Assembly (NCBI GenBank): GCA_963825055.1
Contig: CAWGSK010000011.1
Coordinates: 64,001 to 128,000 of the forward strand
Length of the DNA stretch: 64,000 bases
Direction: 5' to 3'
Source of the DNA: an uncultured Gemmatimonadales bacterium
GTDB lineage: Bacteria > Gemmatimonadota > Gemmatimonadetes > Gemmatimonadales > GWC2-71-9
The notes beneath the pieces are model-generated. The model was not told the DNA's origin and ran no database searches. It worked only from the letters and a program-made list of their open reading frames with translations. Made by a program: the position numbers and the translations under genes. Every line of letters starts with the position of its first letter. Positions within the stretch are counted from its first letter, which is position 1. Shown here piece after piece: positions 61,453 to 64,000 of this stretch.

Positions 61453-64000
61453 CTAGAACCGGAGGGTCAGCCCACCCGTGAAGGTGCGCGACCGCGGATA
61501 GATGTTGTTGTCGATCCCGTTGAGGCCGGACGTCGGGTCGACGCCGCTGTATCCGGTGATCGTTAACGCGTTCTGGATGGTCCCGAACACGCGCGCCGGG
61601 ATCCCGCTGTAGTTGAACGAGTACCCGAGCGTGATGTTGTCCATCCGGAGGAAGGACGCATCCTCCACGTAGACGTCCGAGAAGTACTGGGGGGTCACAA
61701 ACCCGGTCTCGAGCACCGAGGCGTGCAGGTTGTACGGCGATCCCCGGGTGACCTCGGAATAGGTCCCGAGGTTGGACGCCACGTTGTTGTAGACGTAGTT
61801 CCCGAAGTAGGCCCGGAGCGTGAACCCGAGATCCCACTTGTTGTACGTAAGGTAGGAGGAGTGGCCGAACTGCCACTTCGGCGCCGGATCGTGGAACGGC
61901 CGGAGGTCGTTCTGGTTGATGATGCCGTCCGCGTTCTGGTCCTTGTACAGGTCCTGCTCGTTGATGGTCCCGTCGTTGTTCACGTCAGCGTAGATGGGGT
62001 TGCCGCTCGCATCGCGGATGTGCTCATATACGTAGAACGAGTTGACCGGCACGCCGGGAGTGAGCACCTGGATGGTGGAACCCACGCCGCCCGCGATGCC
62101 GCCCGTCAGGATCTGCTGGGCCCCACTCCCGAACGGGTTGATGGTGGTGAGTTCGTTGGAGTTGTGGGCCGCGGTGAAGTCAGCCGTCCAGCCCAGCCGC
62201 CCGCCCGTGCCCTCCATCACGCGAGCGCTCAGGCTGAACTCGACCCCGCGATTCCGCATGCTCCCGATGTTGGTCGTGACGAAGTCGCCGAGGTTCGTAC
62301 CGGCGGCCACGGGAACCCGGAAAATCATGTCCGAGGTCTTCTTGTCATAGACGTCGATCGCGCCGGTGAAGCGCTGGTCCTTGAACCCGAAGTCGATGCC
62401 CAGGTTCCAGGACCGGGTGGCCTCCCACTTGATGTTCGGGTCCACCGCGCTGGGGCGGATCGTCGTGAAGAAGGAATCGGCAAACGCATACTGCGCCTGC
62501 GAGTTGCCCACCGTGTAGGTCGAGTACTGCAGGTAGTTGCCGAAGGACTGGTTGCCCGTCCGCGCCCAGGAAGCGCGAAGCTTCAGGTCCGAGACCGAGG
62601 TGTACTTCTGCATGAATGGCTCGGACGACACCCGCCACGCCACGGCAACGGACGGGAAGGTGCCCCACTGCCGGCCTTCGCCGAAGCGGGATGACCCGTC
62701 ACGCCGGAGGCTGACATTGGCCAGGTACCGGTCATTGATGTCGTAGTTCACCCGCCCGAAGAACGAGATCAACTTGCTGTCCTGCACGTTGAGGGCGTTC
62801 TGGACCGTGCGGGCTGTCGGGATCCCGTCCGTCCCCAGCAGGTCCGTGCTGAGGCCGCTCTCCAGGAACGTGGGATACTCGGCGTGGGCCTTGGAGTAGG
62901 AATACCCCGCCGTGAGGTCCAGGTTGCCCGGCCCCACCGTCCGCGGCACTGCGTAGGCGAGGTAGCCTTCCAGCACCGTGTTGAGCGAGGTGGGGTTTGT
63001 CCGGAACAGCGTGCCATCGGAACCGTTCTTGATCTGGCTGTGCAGGACACTCGGCGTGAACGTCGTCTGGTCCACCTTGGTGACGTCGTAACCCAGGCTC
63101 AGGTTTGCCGCGAGCCCGTCCACCCAGGGAAGGCGATACTCCGACTGGATGTTGCCGATGCTGCGGAAAGTCGTGCTCTTGTCCTTCGCGAGCGCCAGGA
63201 TGGCCACGGGGTTGTCCGCCGACTGGATGCCGCCGGTCCAGTCGAAGTAGCCGGTGGGGGTGGTCGAGTCGTAGATCGGCTGGGTCGGCCCCATCTGCGC
63301 GGCATTGGACAGCACGCCGCCGGGGGTAAACTCGTCGGCCGACCGTGCTCCGCGCAGGTTGACCTTCAGGCTCAGGCGGTCATCCATCAGGCGCTGGTTG
63401 TAGTTCGCGCCCAGGGTCAGGCGCTTGGCCTCGGAGCCCTGAATAACGCCCCTCTGGTCCAGGAAGTTGGCGGAGAACCGGTAGTTGCTGCTGCTGCCGG
63501 CACCGGAGACGGCCAGGTTCTGTTCCTGGCCGAAGGCCGTCCGGTCCACCGCCCCGAACCAGTCGGTGTTCGCGGCCTGCAGCTGGCTCGAGTTCGAAGG
63601 GGCATACTGGTCCACCGCGGCCTTGAACTGCGCGGCGTTCAGCATGTCGGGGAGCCGGGTGACGGACGACGCGGAGAAGCTCCCGCTGTATTCCACCCGC
63701 GGCGCCTGGTTGGCCTCGCCCTTCTTGGTGGTGATCAGCACGACGCCGTTCGCGGCGTTCGCCCCGTAGATCGCCGCCGCCGAGGCATCCCGGAGCACCG
63801 TGATGCTGGCAACGTCGTCGGCATTGAGGAAGTTGAGCGGGTCACGGCCACCGGACAGTCCACCCCCGGCGCCGGAGCCGCCGACCGGCATCCCGTCGAT
63901 CACGATCAGGGGCTCGCTGCTCGCGTTGATGGAGGTCTGCCCGCGGATCCGGATCGACTTGCCGCCGCCCGGCTCGTTGTTGTCCACCACCTGCACGCCG
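61453..64000 (-). CDS. susC: SusC/RagA TonB-dependent transporter (5' end outside window)
   Basis: IRIRG..S...SEPLIVIDG, DASAAAIYG..AANGVVLITTKKG, RRDGSSRFG, IKWE, YPRSRTF, C-terminal F. Confidence 0.95.
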   Translation of the reverse strand, partial: GVQVVDNNEPGGGKSIRIRGQTSINASSEPLIVIDGMPVGGSGAGGGLSGGRDPLNFLNADDVASITVLRDASAAAIYGANAANGVVLITTKKGEANQAPRVEYSGSFSASSVTRLPDMLNAAQFKAAVDQYAPSNSSQLQAANTDWFGAVDRTAFGQEQNLAVSGAGSSSNYRFSANFLDQRGVIQGSEAKRLTLGANYNQRLMDDRLSLKVNLRGARSADEFTPGGVLSNAAQMGPTQPIYDSTTPTGYFDWTGGIQSADNPVAILALAKDKSTTFRSIGNIQSEYRLPWVDGLAANLSLGYDVTKVDQTTFTPSVLHSQIKNGSDGTLFRTNPTSLNTVLEGYLAYAVPRTVGPGNLDLTAGYSYSKAHAEYPTFLESGLSTDLLGTDGIPTARTVQNALNVQDSKLISFFGRVNYDINDRYLANVSLRRDGSSRFGEGRQWGTFPSVAVAWRVSSEPFMQKYTSVSDLKLRASWARTGNQSFGNYLQYSTYTVGNSQAQYAFADSFFTTIRPSAVDPNIKWEATRSWNLGIDFGFKDQRFTGAIDVYDKKTSDMIFRVPVAAGTNLGDFVTTNIGSMRNRGVEFSLSARVMEGTGGRLGWTADFTAAHNSNELTTINPFGSGAQQILTGGIAGGVGSTIQVLTPGVPVNSFYVYEHIRDASGNPIYADVNNDGTINEQDLYKDQNADGIINQNDLRPFHDPAPKWQFGHSSYLTYNKWDLGFTLRAYFGNYVYNNVASNLGTYSEVTRGSPYNLHASVLETGFVTPQYFSDVYVEDASFLRMDNITLGYSFNYSGIPARVFGTIQNALTITGYSGVDPTSGLNGIDNNIYPRSRTFTGGLTLRF

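Noticed and set aside
61910..61990. EF-hand-like repeats (DVNNDGTINEQD, DQNADGIINQND) in SusC
   Set aside because: DxNxDG loops are a routine SusC feature.

Overview
GC-rich bacterial DNA. By inference it is most likely Gemmatimonadota, judging from the 'ALADRY..ELGRGGMATVY..D.RHGRKVAVKVLRPEL' kinase-TolB/TPR architecture, a BTAD-TPR regulator and a SusC/SusD pair in a high-GC host. Many single-base frameshifts and a ~1.9 kb A-rich junk block (41317-43225) point to an unpolished long-read assembly. The left half is a string of accessory genes: GH2 beta-galactosidase, subclass B3 metallo-beta-lactamase, nitrilase-family enzyme, HD protein, methyltransferase, DUF1080, GNAT, Clp-N-only protein, two multicopper-oxidase operons, Ser/Thr kinase, amidase, GH53 and a LuxR/DUF4199 pair. 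The right half is carbohydrate utilisation: a CBM20-esterase-GH13 fusion, a second GH2, an ECF sigma/kinase pair, OmpA, and a Bacteroidetes-style starch locus (susC-susD, three lipoprotein GH13s, GH97, maltose MFS, galM, SSS transporter). The best find is a MerB-like organometallic lyase gene (24220-24879) whose second catalytic Cys codon is an in-frame TGA followed by a SECIS-like hairpin. It is a probable selenoprotein with no mer or sao genes in this window, and the ORF track cuts it short. Also notable are a SARP-type promoter driving a cupredoxin-MCO-ScyD/E operon and an LVIVD-propeller/MCO operon.
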